64,000 nt of DNA from Ignavibacteria bacterium (lineage in GTDB: Bacteria; Bacteroidota; Ignavibacteria; UBA10030). Made by a program: the position numbers and the translations under genes. A model generated the notes under the pieces. The model worked only from the letters and a program-made list of their open reading frames with translations. It was not told the DNA's origin and searched no databases. Position 1 is the first letter of the stretch; every line of letters starts with the position of its first letter. The DNA lies in assembly GCA_016873755.1 (NCBI GenBank), contig VGWB01000001.1, forward strand, positions 3,387-67,386, read 5' to 3'. This document shows, piece after piece, positions 44,899-54,447 of the stretch.

Positions 44899-45429
44899 GT
44901 GTCATCCGTGGGTTCAAACGGAAGAATGAACCGTAAGGTGCTCGTGTTGAACCACAACTACGAGCCTCTCAGCGTCTGCAACATCAAGAAAGCTGTCGTC
45001 CTTCTCTACCTCGGAAAAGCCGAGTTGATCGAAGCCTCTGACGGTAGATTTCTGCATTCCGTGTCGATGACGATGCCGTTTCCGAGCATCGTTCGCCTTT
45101 CTGTCTACGTTCGAGTCCCCTACAAGAAAATCGTTCTGTCAAGGAAGAATATTCTGCGGCGCGATGGGCATAGATGTCAATACTGTGGTCGGGGGGATGT
45201 CCCATTAACGGTGGATCATGTTGTGCCGAAGGCGCGCGGTGGCGAGGATGCATGGGAGAATCTGGTGTGTGCCTGTGTGAGGTGCAACAACAAGAAAGGG
45301 GACCGACTCCCCAGCGAAGCCCAGATGAGTCTTATCCGAAGGCCCATCCGGCCCAATCACGTTATGTTCATTCGGGATTTCGTCGGCAGCGTAGATGACC
45401 GATGGAAGCCCTATTTGTATATGAATTGA
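44899..45429 (+). CDS. HNH endonuclease family protein
   Basis: 'RRDGHRCQYCGR...LTVDHVVPKARGG...WENLVCACVRCNNKKG' is an HNH motif with a Zn-finger Cys quartet. The N-terminal 'VLVLNHNYEPLSV' region is conserved. An alternative start lies at 44926. Confidence 0.8.
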   Translation: MSSVGSNGRMNRKVLVLNHNYEPLSVCNIKKAVVLLYLGKAELIEASDGRFLHSVSMTMPFPSIVRLSVYVRVPYKKIVLSRKNILRRDGHRCQYCGRGDVPLTVDHVVPKARGGEDAWENLVCACVRCNNKKGDRLPSEAQMSLIRRPIRPNHVMFIRDFVGSVDDRWKPYLYMN

Positions 45430-45529
45430 GGAGCGTTTTGCCATCAGCATTCAGCTCTCGGGCCTGGCTTTTTCTGGCTGATCGCTGAAAGCCGTACGCT
45501 GCCAGCACGAAAGGAGTCCGGAACGCGAA

Positions 45530-46522
45530 TTGAATCAGCGGAAGAAGGTAATTCTCAGCGGTATGCGACCGACCGGAAAGCTGCATCTCGGCAATCTCGT
45601 CGGTCCGCTTGAGAATTGGGTGGCGTTGCAGGGAGAATATCAGAATTATCATTTGATTGCTGATTACCACGCGCTCACGACCGATCCGGATGCGTCGGAA
45701 CTCTATCAGAATTCGATCGATATGCTGATCGACTGGCTTTCGGCCGGCCTGGATCCAAAGCGCAGCCCGATGTTTCGGCAATCGCAGATCAAAGAGCACG
45801 CCGAATTGCACCTGATATTTTCGATGTTGATCACGACGTCGCGCCTGGAACGAAATCCGACGTTGAAGGAGCAGGTTCGCGACCTTGACATGGAGAACAT
45901 CGTTTACGGCCACCTCGGGTATCCGGTACTGCAGGCTGCTGACATACTGGCATACAAAGGGGACCTCGTGCCTGTCGGTGAGGATCAAATGCCGCACATT
46001 GAGATCACGCGGGAGATCGCACGTCGCTTCAACACGCTCTACGCACCGAACAAGCCGGTGTTTCCGGAGCCAGAGGGGAAGCTGACTCGCTTCGCACGAT
46101 TCCCCGGGGTAGATGGCAGGCGGATGAGCAAATCGCTTGGGAATACAATACTCCTCGCGGATTCGCCCGACGAGATCGCCAAAAAGGTACGCAGTGCGGT
46201 TACGGATCCGCAGAAAATCCGCAAAGGGGATCCCGGGCGTCCCGATATCTGCCTGGTCTTCACCTACCACAACAAATTCAATGCGGGACAGTTAGCTGAG
46301 ATACGGCAGGGGTGCGAAAGCGGAAAGCTTGGATGCGTTGACTGCAAGATGATGTGCGCCAACAGGATCGCGGAGACGCTCGCACCACACCGTGAAAAGC
46401 GAGCGTACTACGAGAGACACATCGATGAGGTGAAATCCATCCTGCGCGATGGGGAAGCGCGCGCCCGTGCAGTCGCGCAGAAGACGATGGCCGAAGTACA
46501 CGAGGCGATGGGGGTAGGGTAA
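45530..46522 (+). CDS. trpS: Tryptophan--tRNA ligase
   Basis: The class I motifs 'PTGKLHLGNLVG' (HIGH-type) and 'KMSKSLGN' are present. TTG start with RBS AAGGAG 13 nt upstream. 330 aa. Confidence 0.9.
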   Translation: MNQRKKVILSGMRPTGKLHLGNLVGPLENWVALQGEYQNYHLIADYHALTTDPDASELYQNSIDMLIDWLSAGLDPKRSPMFRQSQIKEHAELHLIFSMLITTSRLERNPTLKEQVRDLDMENIVYGHLGYPVLQAADILAYKGDLVPVGEDQMPHIEITREIARRFNTLYAPNKPVFPEPEGKLTRFARFPGVDGRRMSKSLGNTILLADSPDEIAKKVRSAVTDPQKIRKGDPGRPDICLVFTYHNKFNAGQLAEIRQGCESGKLGCVDCKMMCANRIAETLAPHREKRAYYERHIDEVKSILRDGEARARAVAQKTMAEVHEAMGVG

Positions 46523-46600
46523 GAAAATGAAAAATGGAAAACGTGAAATGAAGAATGGAAGATGGAAAAGGGAGAACGGAAAGAGCAATTTCGATTATAG
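46523..46600. repeat. Polypurine (GAA/GGAA-rich) low-complexity tract directly after the trpS stop
   Basis: 'AAGAAAATGAAAAATGGAAAACGTGAAATGAAGAATGGAAGATGGAAAAGGGAGAACGGAAAGAG' has strong purine strand bias and is unusual in a ~59% GC genome. A GC hairpin without a T-run follows at 46625-46650. Confidence 0.6.
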
Positions 46601-46701
46601 ATTGAAGATTGCGCGTTTTTCGCGTCCCGCTCTAGTTGAGCGGGATAGATTAAGGAGCCGAATGCAGGGTGGTTGATTGCCGCATTGAGAGCTAACGTCT
46701 T

Positions 46702-47418
46702 ATGTATACGATCAAGCTGCAAGAATTTGAGGGACCGCTAGACCTTCTCCTCTTCTTCATCAGAAGAGATGAGCTGGATATTTACAACATCCCGATCTCA
46801 CGGATCACGAGGGAGTTTCTCGAGTACCTGCACTATGTGGAAGACCTTGACCTCGAGATCGCCGGTGAGTTTCTGGTGATGGCGGCGGAACTCATGCAGA
46901 TCAAGGTCAAGATGCTCCTGCCACCGGAGCCCGGTGAAGAGGAGGAAACAGATCCGCGCGCGAACCTGGTCAGACGCCTCGTCGAGTACAAGCGCTTCAA
47001 AGAGGCCGGCGCGGAGATGTCGGCCATGGAAGACGAGCAGCGCAAGCTCTATTCCCGGGGATACCACGAGGCTGACGAGAGAGCGGTGACGGAAGATGAG
47101 GAGGAGGGCTCGTTGAGGGATGTGTCGTTGTTTGACCTCATCGCGTCGTTGAAGTTTGCCGTCGAACGCATGCCGAAAAAGCTTGTGCACGAGATTGTCC
47201 GGCTCAACGTCACGATCGATGAGCAGATTGAGTACATCCTCGACTTTTTTGCCCGACGATCCGAGGCCACGTTCTATGAGCTGGTCAAGGATATGGAGGA
47301 AAAGATCCGCATCGTTGTCACATTCATCGCCCTGCTGGAGCTTATCCGGGCAAAGAGGATCATCGCGCGACAGGCTGAGCCGTTTGGAGAAGTCTCGATC
47401 ATGCGATACGTCAACTAG
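46702..47418 (+). CDS. scpA: Segregation and condensation protein A
   Basis: 'FEGPLDLLLFFIRRDELDIYNIPIS' is the ScpA N-terminal signature. 238 aa. Confidence 0.85.
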   Translation: MYTIKLQEFEGPLDLLLFFIRRDELDIYNIPISRITREFLEYLHYVEDLDLEIAGEFLVMAAELMQIKVKMLLPPEPGEEEETDPRANLVRRLVEYKRFKEAGAEMSAMEDEQRKLYSRGYHEADERAVTEDEEEGSLRDVSLFDLIASLKFAVERMPKKLVHEIVRLNVTIDEQIEYILDFFARRSEATFYELVKDMEEKIRIVVTFIALLELIRAKRIIARQAEPFGEVSIMRYVN

Positions 47419-47424
47419 CGAGCA

Positions 47425-48957
47425 ATGGCTGAAACCATAACAACAACGGAAACCACCGTTCTTCAGGTTCCTACCACGCTGAGAAGCCTGATCGAAGCAT
47501 TGTTCTTCGCTGCGCGCGAGCCGCTTTCGGTCAAGCAGATCCAGACGATCTATGAGTACCAGGGTCTGAACGGAGAGTCGCGTCAACTTGAACCGACTGA
47601 TGTGATCCGAGTCGTCGACGAGCTCAATGCCGAATACGACGCGGCAGATAAGCCGTATCGCATTATCCAGATCGCCGGCGGATATCAGTTTGCGACGCTC
47701 CCCGTTTACGCGGAATGGCTCGCCAAGCTCTACAAGGAGCAGACCCGCAGGAAGCTCTCGCAATCATCAATCGAAACGCTCGCGATTGTCGCCTACAAGC
47801 AACCGATCACCAAACCCGAGATCGAATCCATACGCGGCGTCAACTGCGACTATGTCCTGAAGACTCTTCTCGAGAAGGAACTCGTGACGATCGTCGGCCG
47901 CGCCACGACAGTCGGACGTCCGTTGCTCTATGGAACCACCAAGGAGTTTCTCAAGCACTTCGGTCTCAACGATCTGACAGACCTGCCACGTCCGCGTGAG
48001 ATTCAGGAGATCCTTGGCGAGAGCCAGTTTGAGACCGAGCGCCGGATGCTTGAGGCTCAGCAGGGAGTGCTGGAGAAAAAGGAGGAGGACTTCAGATCAA
48101 GACTGCCGCACATTCCCAAAAGAAAGCCAGGTCTCGATGAGGAAGTGAAAATCATACCGAGGAAGAGAATTCGCGAGATCAAGGTGCGGGAGGGTGATGG
48201 CGAATCGGCTGGCTCACGGGCAAAAGAGGAGTTGCACCATGTTGAACCGGACGTGACGACAGAGCCGGTGTCGACAGAGGGTGCGGCGACGGCTGATTCC
48301 GTCTCGCTCGAGCCTGTTCCGCCTTCCGACGCTCTCCCGACCACCGATGGCATCGTCGTCTTCGGACAAGAAGAGCAAATCCCCGAGCAGACGCTGCCCC
48401 CACAGGAAGAGGTCGGATTTGATACGATGAATCTTTTGGGCACCCGACCGGAGAGGCTGGCAGAACCCGAAGAGGACGCGGCGCAACAGGAGGTGGCTCC
48501 GGCACCCGATGTCGGCTCCTCATTCGAGGCCGCACAACTTGAGGATTCCGAGCTGCCGGCAGAAGAGCCGGGAGTGTTTACCCCGCCCGAGGTTGAACTG
48601 ACCGAAACGGAAACCACAGAAAGCCACCTTGAGGTAGAGGGGGGAGTGGAATCGGCACCAGCCCCGTCCGATGAGATGGAACAGCCCTCGATTGACGAAC
48701 CTCAAGAGCTTGGGTCGCGGGAAGGAGCGAGCATTCCAGACACGCAGGTGGGGATTGCCGAATTTGAGAAAACGCAGCCTGACGTATCTTCAGGCGCTGT
48801 CCCTCAAACCTCCACTGGAAGTTCGATCCAGAAAGAGGAACCGCAAATCCCCGTGCCGGACGCAACCACGGTCCGGCCTACCATTCCCCAGCCAAAGTCC
48901 CGATGGCACACGTGGAAAGAGAAGATCCAAGGGTTCATCAGGAAGCTCTTCGGCTGA
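47425..48957 (+). CDS. scpB: Segregation and condensation protein B with a ~300-aa acidic, Pro/Glu-rich, low-complexity C-terminal extension
   Basis: The first ~200 aa are ScpB-like winged helices, 'LIEALFFAAREPLSVKQIQTI'. The remainder is low-complexity, 'EEPGVFTPPEVELTETETTESHLEVEGGVESAPAP...'. Confidence 0.8.
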   Translation: MAETITTTETTVLQVPTTLRSLIEALFFAAREPLSVKQIQTIYEYQGLNGESRQLEPTDVIRVVDELNAEYDAADKPYRIIQIAGGYQFATLPVYAEWLAKLYKEQTRRKLSQSSIETLAIVAYKQPITKPEIESIRGVNCDYVLKTLLEKELVTIVGRATTVGRPLLYGTTKEFLKHFGLNDLTDLPRPREIQEILGESQFETERRMLEAQQGVLEKKEEDFRSRLPHIPKRKPGLDEEVKIIPRKRIREIKVREGDGESAGSRAKEELHHVEPDVTTEPVSTEGAATADSVSLEPVPPSDALPTTDGIVVFGQEEQIPEQTLPPQEEVGFDTMNLLGTRPERLAEPEEDAAQQEVAPAPDVGSSFEAAQLEDSELPAEEPGVFTPPEVELTETETTESHLEVEGGVESAPAPSDEMEQPSIDEPQELGSREGASIPDTQVGIAEFEKTQPDVSSGAVPQTSTGSSIQKEEPQIPVPDATTVRPTIPQPKSRWHTWKEKIQGFIRKLFG

Positions 48958-49664
48958 ACAAATTTCTTGCCTTAGCTGGAGTTGGATCGCGGCGCAAGAA
49001 CGATGAACTCATTCTTTCCGGCGTCGTCAAGGTGAACGGCAAGATCGTTCAGGAACTCGGGACAAAGATCCATCCGCTCAGAGACCGCGTGACCGTCAAC
49101 GGCCAACCGGTCCAAGTACGACACAAGCTGTACTACATCCTGTTCAACAAGCCGAAGGACTGCATAACGACGCTGAGTGACGAGCGGGGAAGGGCGACGG
49201 TGTTGGAGTACGTTCGAGTGCGCGAACGGGTCTATCCGATCGGAAGACTGGACCGAAACACGACGGGCTTACTGCTTCTCACCAACGATGGTGAGCTTGC
49301 TAACGGGCTGATGCATCCTCGTCGGGAGATTGAGCGTGTCTACCGGGTTCGGCTTGAACGTGGCATCCTCGAAGATCACTTCAGCAAACTGAGGCGCGGT
49401 ATCCGACTTGAGGAGGGGTTTGCAAAGCCACGCCAGGTTGAGCTTTTTCCCGGCTCTCGTCGGAAGGAGCTCATTGTGTCAATCGCTGAAGGCCGTAACC
49501 GGGAGGTGCGCAGGTTGTTCGAAGCGTTGGGGTATACGGTGAAGGGACTCGAGCGAGTGGCGTTTGGTGGACTGACAACGGAGGGTGTCGCGCGCGGTAG
49601 ATGGAGATATCTCACCCAGTCGGAAGTTCACTACCTCAGGCAACAAGCCGGATTGGAAACATAG
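48903..49664 (+). CDS. RsuA/RluB-family pseudouridine synthase with an N-terminal S4 domain
   Basis: S4 domain 'RLNKFLALAGVGSRRKNDELILSGVVKVNG'. Catalytic region 'YPIGRLDRNTTGLLLLTNDG' with the conserved Asp. The annotated ATG overlaps the scpB 3' end; the true start may be non-ATG near 48958. Confidence 0.8.
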   Translation: MAHVEREDPRVHQEALRLNKFLALAGVGSRRKNDELILSGVVKVNGKIVQELGTKIHPLRDRVTVNGQPVQVRHKLYYILFNKPKDCITTLSDERGRATVLEYVRVRERVYPIGRLDRNTTGLLLLTNDGELANGLMHPRREIERVYRVRLERGILEDHFSKLRRGIRLEEGFAKPRQVELFPGSRRKELIVSIAEGRNREVRRLFEALGYTVKGLERVAFGGLTTEGVARGRWRYLTQSEVHYLRQQAGLET

Positions 49665-49669
49665 AGCAT

Positions 49670-51211
49670 ATGCGAATTCCTCGCAGCAGTGGCATCTTGT
49701 TGCACCCCACCTCCTTACCGGGGCTCTACGGAACCGGTGATATCGGTGATGTCTCGCTGCATCTCATTGATTGGATGGTCGTGGCGGGTCAGAAGTTCTG
49801 GCAGGTGCTCCCGCTGACGCCGACGGGATATGGCAATTCCCCGTACATGGGACTCTCTGCTTTTGCCGGAAATCCTATGCTTGTCGGCTTCGAGCCGTTG
49901 GTGGCGAAGGGATGGCTCTCCGAGTCGGATTTTGTTCCGGCACCGAATTTTCCCCGCGGTCGCGTTGACTACCCTGTCGTGATTCCATATCGGCTTGAGA
50001 GACTCCGCCGCGCGGCCAATCGCTTCTTTGCCCGCCCGGATGGGACCGAGCTATCGGACTTTGAGGCTTTTTGCAGGGAACAGCGATCGTGGCTCGACGA
50101 TTTCTGTCTTTTCCAAGCATTGAACGAGCATTTCAAAGGCGTTGAGTGGACCCGATGGGAAGAAGATTGCGCGCAGAGGAAGCCGAAGGCACTCGCGCGC
50201 GTCCGGCGAGAACTTGCCGCTGAAGTCCGCATCTGGAAATTCGTGCAATGGCAGTTCTACCGTCAGTGGGCTCGAGTGAAGAACTACGCTCATGAGCGTG
50301 GGATCAAAATCGTAGGAGACATCCCGATTTTCGTCGCTCACCACAGCGCCGATGTCTGGTCACACCCGGAGCTCTTCTATCTCGACAAGAACGGAAGTCC
50401 AAAGGTGGTTGCAGGTGTGCCACCGGACTACTTTAGCGAGACAGGGCAGCGGTGGGGAAATCCGATCTACCGCTGGTCGCGGATAGAGGAGGATGGATTC
50501 CGCTGGTGGATTGATCGTTTCCGCAGTGCTTTCACGCTTTTCGACGTCGCTCGCATCGATCATTTTCGGGGCTTCGCAGGTTACTGGGAGATTCCTGCAG
50601 CAGAAAAGACAGCCGTCCGGGGACGGTGGGTGAAGGGCCCGTACGACAAATTCTTCAAGGAGGTTCAAAAGAAACTGGGCAAACTCCCGATCATCGCCGA
50701 AGACCTCGGAGTCATCACCCCCGATGTTGTCCGCCTACGCGATCAGTTCGAGTTCCCCGGAATGAAGGTTCTGCAGTTTGCGTTCGCTGAAGGTCCTGCC
50801 AACCCTTTTCTTCCGCACCGTTATGAGCACCATTGTGTTGTCTACACAGGAACGCATGACAACAACACAACGCGCGGGTGGTTTGCGACAGCCACGGAAC
50901 GGGAGAAGGCCTTCATCCGGAAGTATTGCCATACAGACGGCAAAGAGATACATCTGGATCTGATGCGCGTGGCCTCGAGGTCTGTCGCCGATCTTTCGGT
51001 CTTTCCGTTCCAGGATGTGCTTGGCCTCGGCACCGAGGGGCGTATGAACCTTCCGGGGACCGTTTTCGGCAACTGGGAATGGCGATTTTCGTGGGACCAG
51101 GTGGGGCCGGAGCACGCTCTGATGATGTACGAAATTGCGGCGCTGAACGGGAGGACTGATCCCGATCGCCTCGACTTACCGCCCTACCCGACCGAAAAGC
51201 AAACGCCGTAG
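49670..51211 (+). CDS. malQ: 4-alpha-glucanotransferase (GH77 amylomaltase)
   Basis: 'RSSGILLHPTSLPG..GIGD' is the typical MalQ N-terminus. 'GDIPIFVAHHSADVW' and 'YTGTHDNNTTRGW' are GH77 conserved regions. Confidence 0.85.
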   Translation: MRIPRSSGILLHPTSLPGLYGTGDIGDVSLHLIDWMVVAGQKFWQVLPLTPTGYGNSPYMGLSAFAGNPMLVGFEPLVAKGWLSESDFVPAPNFPRGRVDYPVVIPYRLERLRRAANRFFARPDGTELSDFEAFCREQRSWLDDFCLFQALNEHFKGVEWTRWEEDCAQRKPKALARVRRELAAEVRIWKFVQWQFYRQWARVKNYAHERGIKIVGDIPIFVAHHSADVWSHPELFYLDKNGSPKVVAGVPPDYFSETGQRWGNPIYRWSRIEEDGFRWWIDRFRSAFTLFDVARIDHFRGFAGYWEIPAAEKTAVRGRWVKGPYDKFFKEVQKKLGKLPIIAEDLGVITPDVVRLRDQFEFPGMKVLQFAFAEGPANPFLPHRYEHHCVVYTGTHDNNTTRGWFATATEREKAFIRKYCHTDGKEIHLDLMRVASRSVADLSVFPFQDVLGLGTEGRMNLPGTVFGNWEWRFSWDQVGPEHALMMYEIAALNGRTDPDRLDLPPYPTEKQTP

Positions 51212-51292
51212 CAGTTCGTCACCTGAGGGTTGTCCGTCGAGCAAAAATCAACTAGATTCACCTGCATATACGCCCTCTTCCCATTTGGCTCT

Positions 51293-52837
51293 ATGACTGA
51301 TCCTGAAAGCTCAAATCATCAGCCACCGTCGGCGTCCTCCGAGCAGGAAGAGCTCAATGTTCTCATGCTGCGTCGTCGTGAGGAACTGGAGCAGCTCAAG
51401 AAGCTCGGCGTCAATCCGTACCCGTATGAATTTGACCGCACCGATTTCTCAAGTGACATCCTCGCGAGCTTCAAAGACAATGCACCCCCGTGCAATGTCT
51501 CGGCCGCCGGCCGGATCATGTCACTGCGCCGGATGGGGAAAGCATCGTTCTGCCACATTCAGGACTCTCGCGGCAAGATCCAGGTCTACTTGAAGAGAGA
51601 CGACTTGGGTCCCATCTACGATGCCTTCAAGCTGATGGACATCGGTGATATCATCGGCGTGAAGGGATTTGTCTTCAGAACAAAAATGGGGGAAATCTCA
51701 ATTCACGCCCAGGAATTGGTGCTCCTATCGAAGTCGCTAAGACCCCTGCCCGTTGTCAAGGAGAAGGTGGATGAACAGGGGAACAAGACGATCTACGACC
51801 CATTCTCGGATAAGGAGCTCCGCTTCCGTCAGCGCTACGTCGACCTCGTCGTCAATCCGGGCGTGCGGGAGGTATTTGTCAAACGCGCAAAGATGATTGC
51901 GGCCATGCGCAAATTCCTGGATGAGCGAGGATACCTGGAGGTGGAGACTCCGATCCTTCAGCCGATGTACGGCGGTGCTTCAGCGCGCCCCTTTGTTTCG
52001 CACCACAATGCACTCGATGTCGATCTGTATCTCCGCATCGCCGACGAGCTTTATCTGAAACGGCTGATCGTTGGCGGATACGACGGTGTCTATGAGATCT
52101 CCAAGGATTTCCGGAACGAGGGCATGGATCGTACCCACAATCCCGAGTTCACGATGCTCGAGGTGTACGTGGCCTACAAAGACTACCGATGGATGATGGA
52201 GTTGACCGAGCAGATGATCCACGCCGCTGCAGTGGCTGTGAACGGGACGCCGAAGGCGATGCTCGGCGGGAATGAAGTTGACTTCACGCCGCCGTGGAGA
52301 CGGATCGCCTTGTTTGATGCGATCAAGGAATACACGGGCAAGGAACTTCGCGGCAAATCCGAGAAGGAATTGAGGACCATTGCACAGGAGCTCCACGTCG
52401 AGCTCGAGCCAGCGATGGGGGCAGGTGCGATCATCGATGAGATCCTTCGCGCCAAAGTGGAGCCGCATCTGGTGCAGCCGGCCTTCGTGACGGACTACCC
52501 CGTGGAGCTGTCCCCCCTGGCTAAACGGCATCGCTCCGAGCCCGGACTTGTGGAACGCTTTGAGGGGTTGGTCAACGGCCAGGAGATCTGCAACGCGTTT
52601 TCTGAGCTGAATGATCCGCTCGATCAGCGGGCACGATTCGAGGAACAAATGAAACTGCGTGCACGAGGTTACGAGGAGGCACAGGTGATGGACGATGATT
52701 TCCTCCGTGCACTGGAATACGGCATGCCGCCGACGGCCGGACTCGGCGTCGGGATCGACCGCCTCACGATGCTCTTGACGAACAAAGACTCGATCCGCGA
52801 TGTGCTCTTCTTCCCGCAAATGAAGCCGGAGAAGTGA
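51293..52837 (+). CDS. lysS: Lysine--tRNA ligase (class II)
   Basis: An N-terminal OB-fold anticodon-binding region, class II motifs including 'FRNEG', and '[14 protein letters not shown]' (motif 3). An in-frame ATG at 51230 would add a 21-aa leader of non-conserved sequence. Confidence 0.85.
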   Translation: MTDPESSNHQPPSASSEQEELNVLMLRRREELEQLKKLGVNPYPYEFDRTDFSSDILASFKDNAPPCNVSAAGRIMSLRRMGKASFCHIQDSRGKIQVYLKRDDLGPIYDAFKLMDIGDIIGVKGFVFRTKMGEISIHAQELVLLSKSLRPLPVVKEKVDEQGNKTIYDPFSDKELRFRQRYVDLVVNPGVREVFVKRAKMIAAMRKFLDERGYLEVETPILQPMYGGASARPFVSHHNALDVDLYLRIADELYLKRLIVGGYDGVYEISKDFRNEGMDRTHNPEFTMLEVYVAYKDYRWMMELTEQMIHAAAVAVNGTPKAMLGGNEVDFTPPWRRIALFDAIKEYTGKELRGKSEKELRTIAQELHVELEPAMGAGAIIDEILRAKVEPHLVQPAFVTDYPVELSPLAKRHRSEPGLVERFEGLVNGQEICNAFSELNDPLDQRARFEEQMKLRARGYEEAQVMDDDFLRALEYGMPPTAGLGVGIDRLTMLLTNKDSIRDVLFFPQMKPEK

Positions 52838-52878
52838 GTCTGCTGAGGCCTGGCCCCTGAATTCGAGGTGATGATGTT

Positions 52879-53622
52879 ATGGGGTTGCGCGGTTTCCGAT
52901 TGAACCTGACCCGTTCCGAGAAAGTCCTTGGCACCGGAGGCCTGCCCCATCCCCTGCGGCTTGTTCTCTATCCCCCGCTGGTTCTCTTCCTCGCCTTAAT
53001 GCCCGGGCCATGCGATGAACCTCTGCCGGCATACAAAGAGCCTGACAGACTCTTCGACGTCAGGCTTCGAGGTGAATACTTCCTTGGCATGTACGAGCAC
53101 TCGCTGCGCGTCTATGTTGAGATCACCAATATCTTCGACGAGACGCTTGTGGGACCGGCATCGCTCACCGGCACAGTCCAGGTCACGGCGGCTGATGATC
53201 CCAACGTTCGCAAAACGTTGACATTCACCAGCCAGAATATTCTCACGGCCCGGGGCTACAATGCGGGGTCGGGCATCCTCAAGATCGACCCGCAGGAGAA
53301 GATCGTTCTCCGTGCGACGTGGTACTTCGCCGAAAACAAAGTCGTTGATGACAGCGGCCGGGACCTTGCCCACGGTAACGAAGGGAGGGACCCATTCTTC
53401 TCATACGTTGTCGACAAGACATGCGAGTTCAGGAAACTCGCCCGGCCTGAGGACTTCATCCTTCAAGGTCAGATCAAGGTGTTTCAACGGACGGGTCCGG
53501 CAGTTGCAGATCCGAGCGTTTTTCCGTTCTGTTTCATAACGAATTTTGTCGATAGCAAGACCTGCCCGACGATCATGACGGATCCTCCATGCAACTATTG
53601 GCCCGAGCCTGACGGCCAATAG
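52879..53622 (+). CDS. Secreted protein or lipoprotein of unknown function, tandem paralog A, Cys-rich
   Basis: Hydrophobic leader '...LVLYPPLVLFLALMPGPC', then a Cys. It is ~55% identical to the downstream ORF, with conserved motifs 'VTNIFDETLEGPASL', 'SYVxDKTCxxRKLARPED', 'FPxCFxTNFVD' and 'PPCxNYWP'. Confidence 0.55.
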   Translation: MGLRGFRLNLTRSEKVLGTGGLPHPLRLVLYPPLVLFLALMPGPCDEPLPAYKEPDRLFDVRLRGEYFLGMYEHSLRVYVEITNIFDETLVGPASLTGTVQVTAADDPNVRKTLTFTSQNILTARGYNAGSGILKIDPQEKIVLRATWYFAENKVVDDSGRDLAHGNEGRDPFFSYVVDKTCEFRKLARPEDFILQGQIKVFQRTGPAVADPSVFPFCFITNFVDSKTCPTIMTDPPCNYWPEPDGQ

Positions 53623-53653
53623 CAGCGCAGGGCCGAAACCGAAGGAAGGTTCC

Positions 53654-54397
53654 ATGCAGATGGTGGATTGCGATAGCCGAACCGAGAATCGGAGCACCGG
53701 GCGTGCGTACCGCACCATTAAGCGCAGGCAATGTCTTCTCCTCCTGTCCGTTTTCGCACTCGGCCTGTCTGTTTCATTGGATTCCTGCAAAGAGCCGCTG
53801 CCATCGTACCGGGAACCGGAACAATTGTTCAGCGGTAGGATTGAGGGAGAATACTGGCTGAGCGACACAGAGCATTCATTCCGGATCTACATTTACGTCA
53901 CCAATATATTTGATGAAACGCTGGAGGGCCCTGCTTCGCTGAAAGGATCGATCGAGCTGTTCTTCGGCAGAGATCCGAGGATCCGGAAGACGTTTACACT
54001 CAACAGTCAGAATCTGATCTCGCCAAGAAGCTACTACCCGGCGACGGGCTCGCTCAGGATCGACCCCAAACAAACGCTGGTTTTCCAGGCGATCTGGTAC
54101 TTCCCTGCGAACCAGGTGATTGATGACAGCGGCAGGAACCTCACAGGAGATACGACTACCGCGAGCTTCTTCTCTTACGTGGACGACAAGACGTGCAAGT
54201 GGAGGAAACTCGCGAGACCTGAGGATCTGGTGCTAGAAGGAAACGTAAACCTGTTCGAGAAGTCGGCGCCAGTCTTGGTCGGGCCCAAGGTCTTCCCTCT
54301 TTGTTTCGTGACCAACTTCGTCGATGTTCGAATTTGTCCGCGGATTATTACGATACCACCGTGTGAAAACTACTGGCCCGGTAACGCGGACCTCTAG
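53654..54397 (+). CDS. Secreted protein or lipoprotein of unknown function, tandem paralog B, Cys-rich
   Basis: Signal peptide 'LLLLSVFALGLSVSLDSC'. It is paralogous to 52879-53622 and has the same four conserved Cys positions after the leader. Confidence 0.55.
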   Translation: MQMVDCDSRTENRSTGRAYRTIKRRQCLLLLSVFALGLSVSLDSCKEPLPSYREPEQLFSGRIEGEYWLSDTEHSFRIYIYVTNIFDETLEGPASLKGSIELFFGRDPRIRKTFTLNSQNLISPRSYYPATGSLRIDPKQTLVFQAIWYFPANQVIDDSGRNLTGDTTTASFFSYVDDKTCKWRKLARPEDLVLEGNVNLFEKSAPVLVGPKVFPLCFVTNFVDVRICPRIITIPPCENYWPGNADL

Positions 54398-54447
54398 CCG
54401 CGTTGAGCGAAACGAAGGTAGGGCAGGAACTTTCAAGGTGCATGACT

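Noticed and set aside
46292-46722. Phe-rich minus-strand ORFs (98 and 104 aa) across the polypurine tract
   Set aside because: These are the pyrimidine-rich complement of the GAA tract. The low-complexity F/S/H-rich translation is not a plausible protein.
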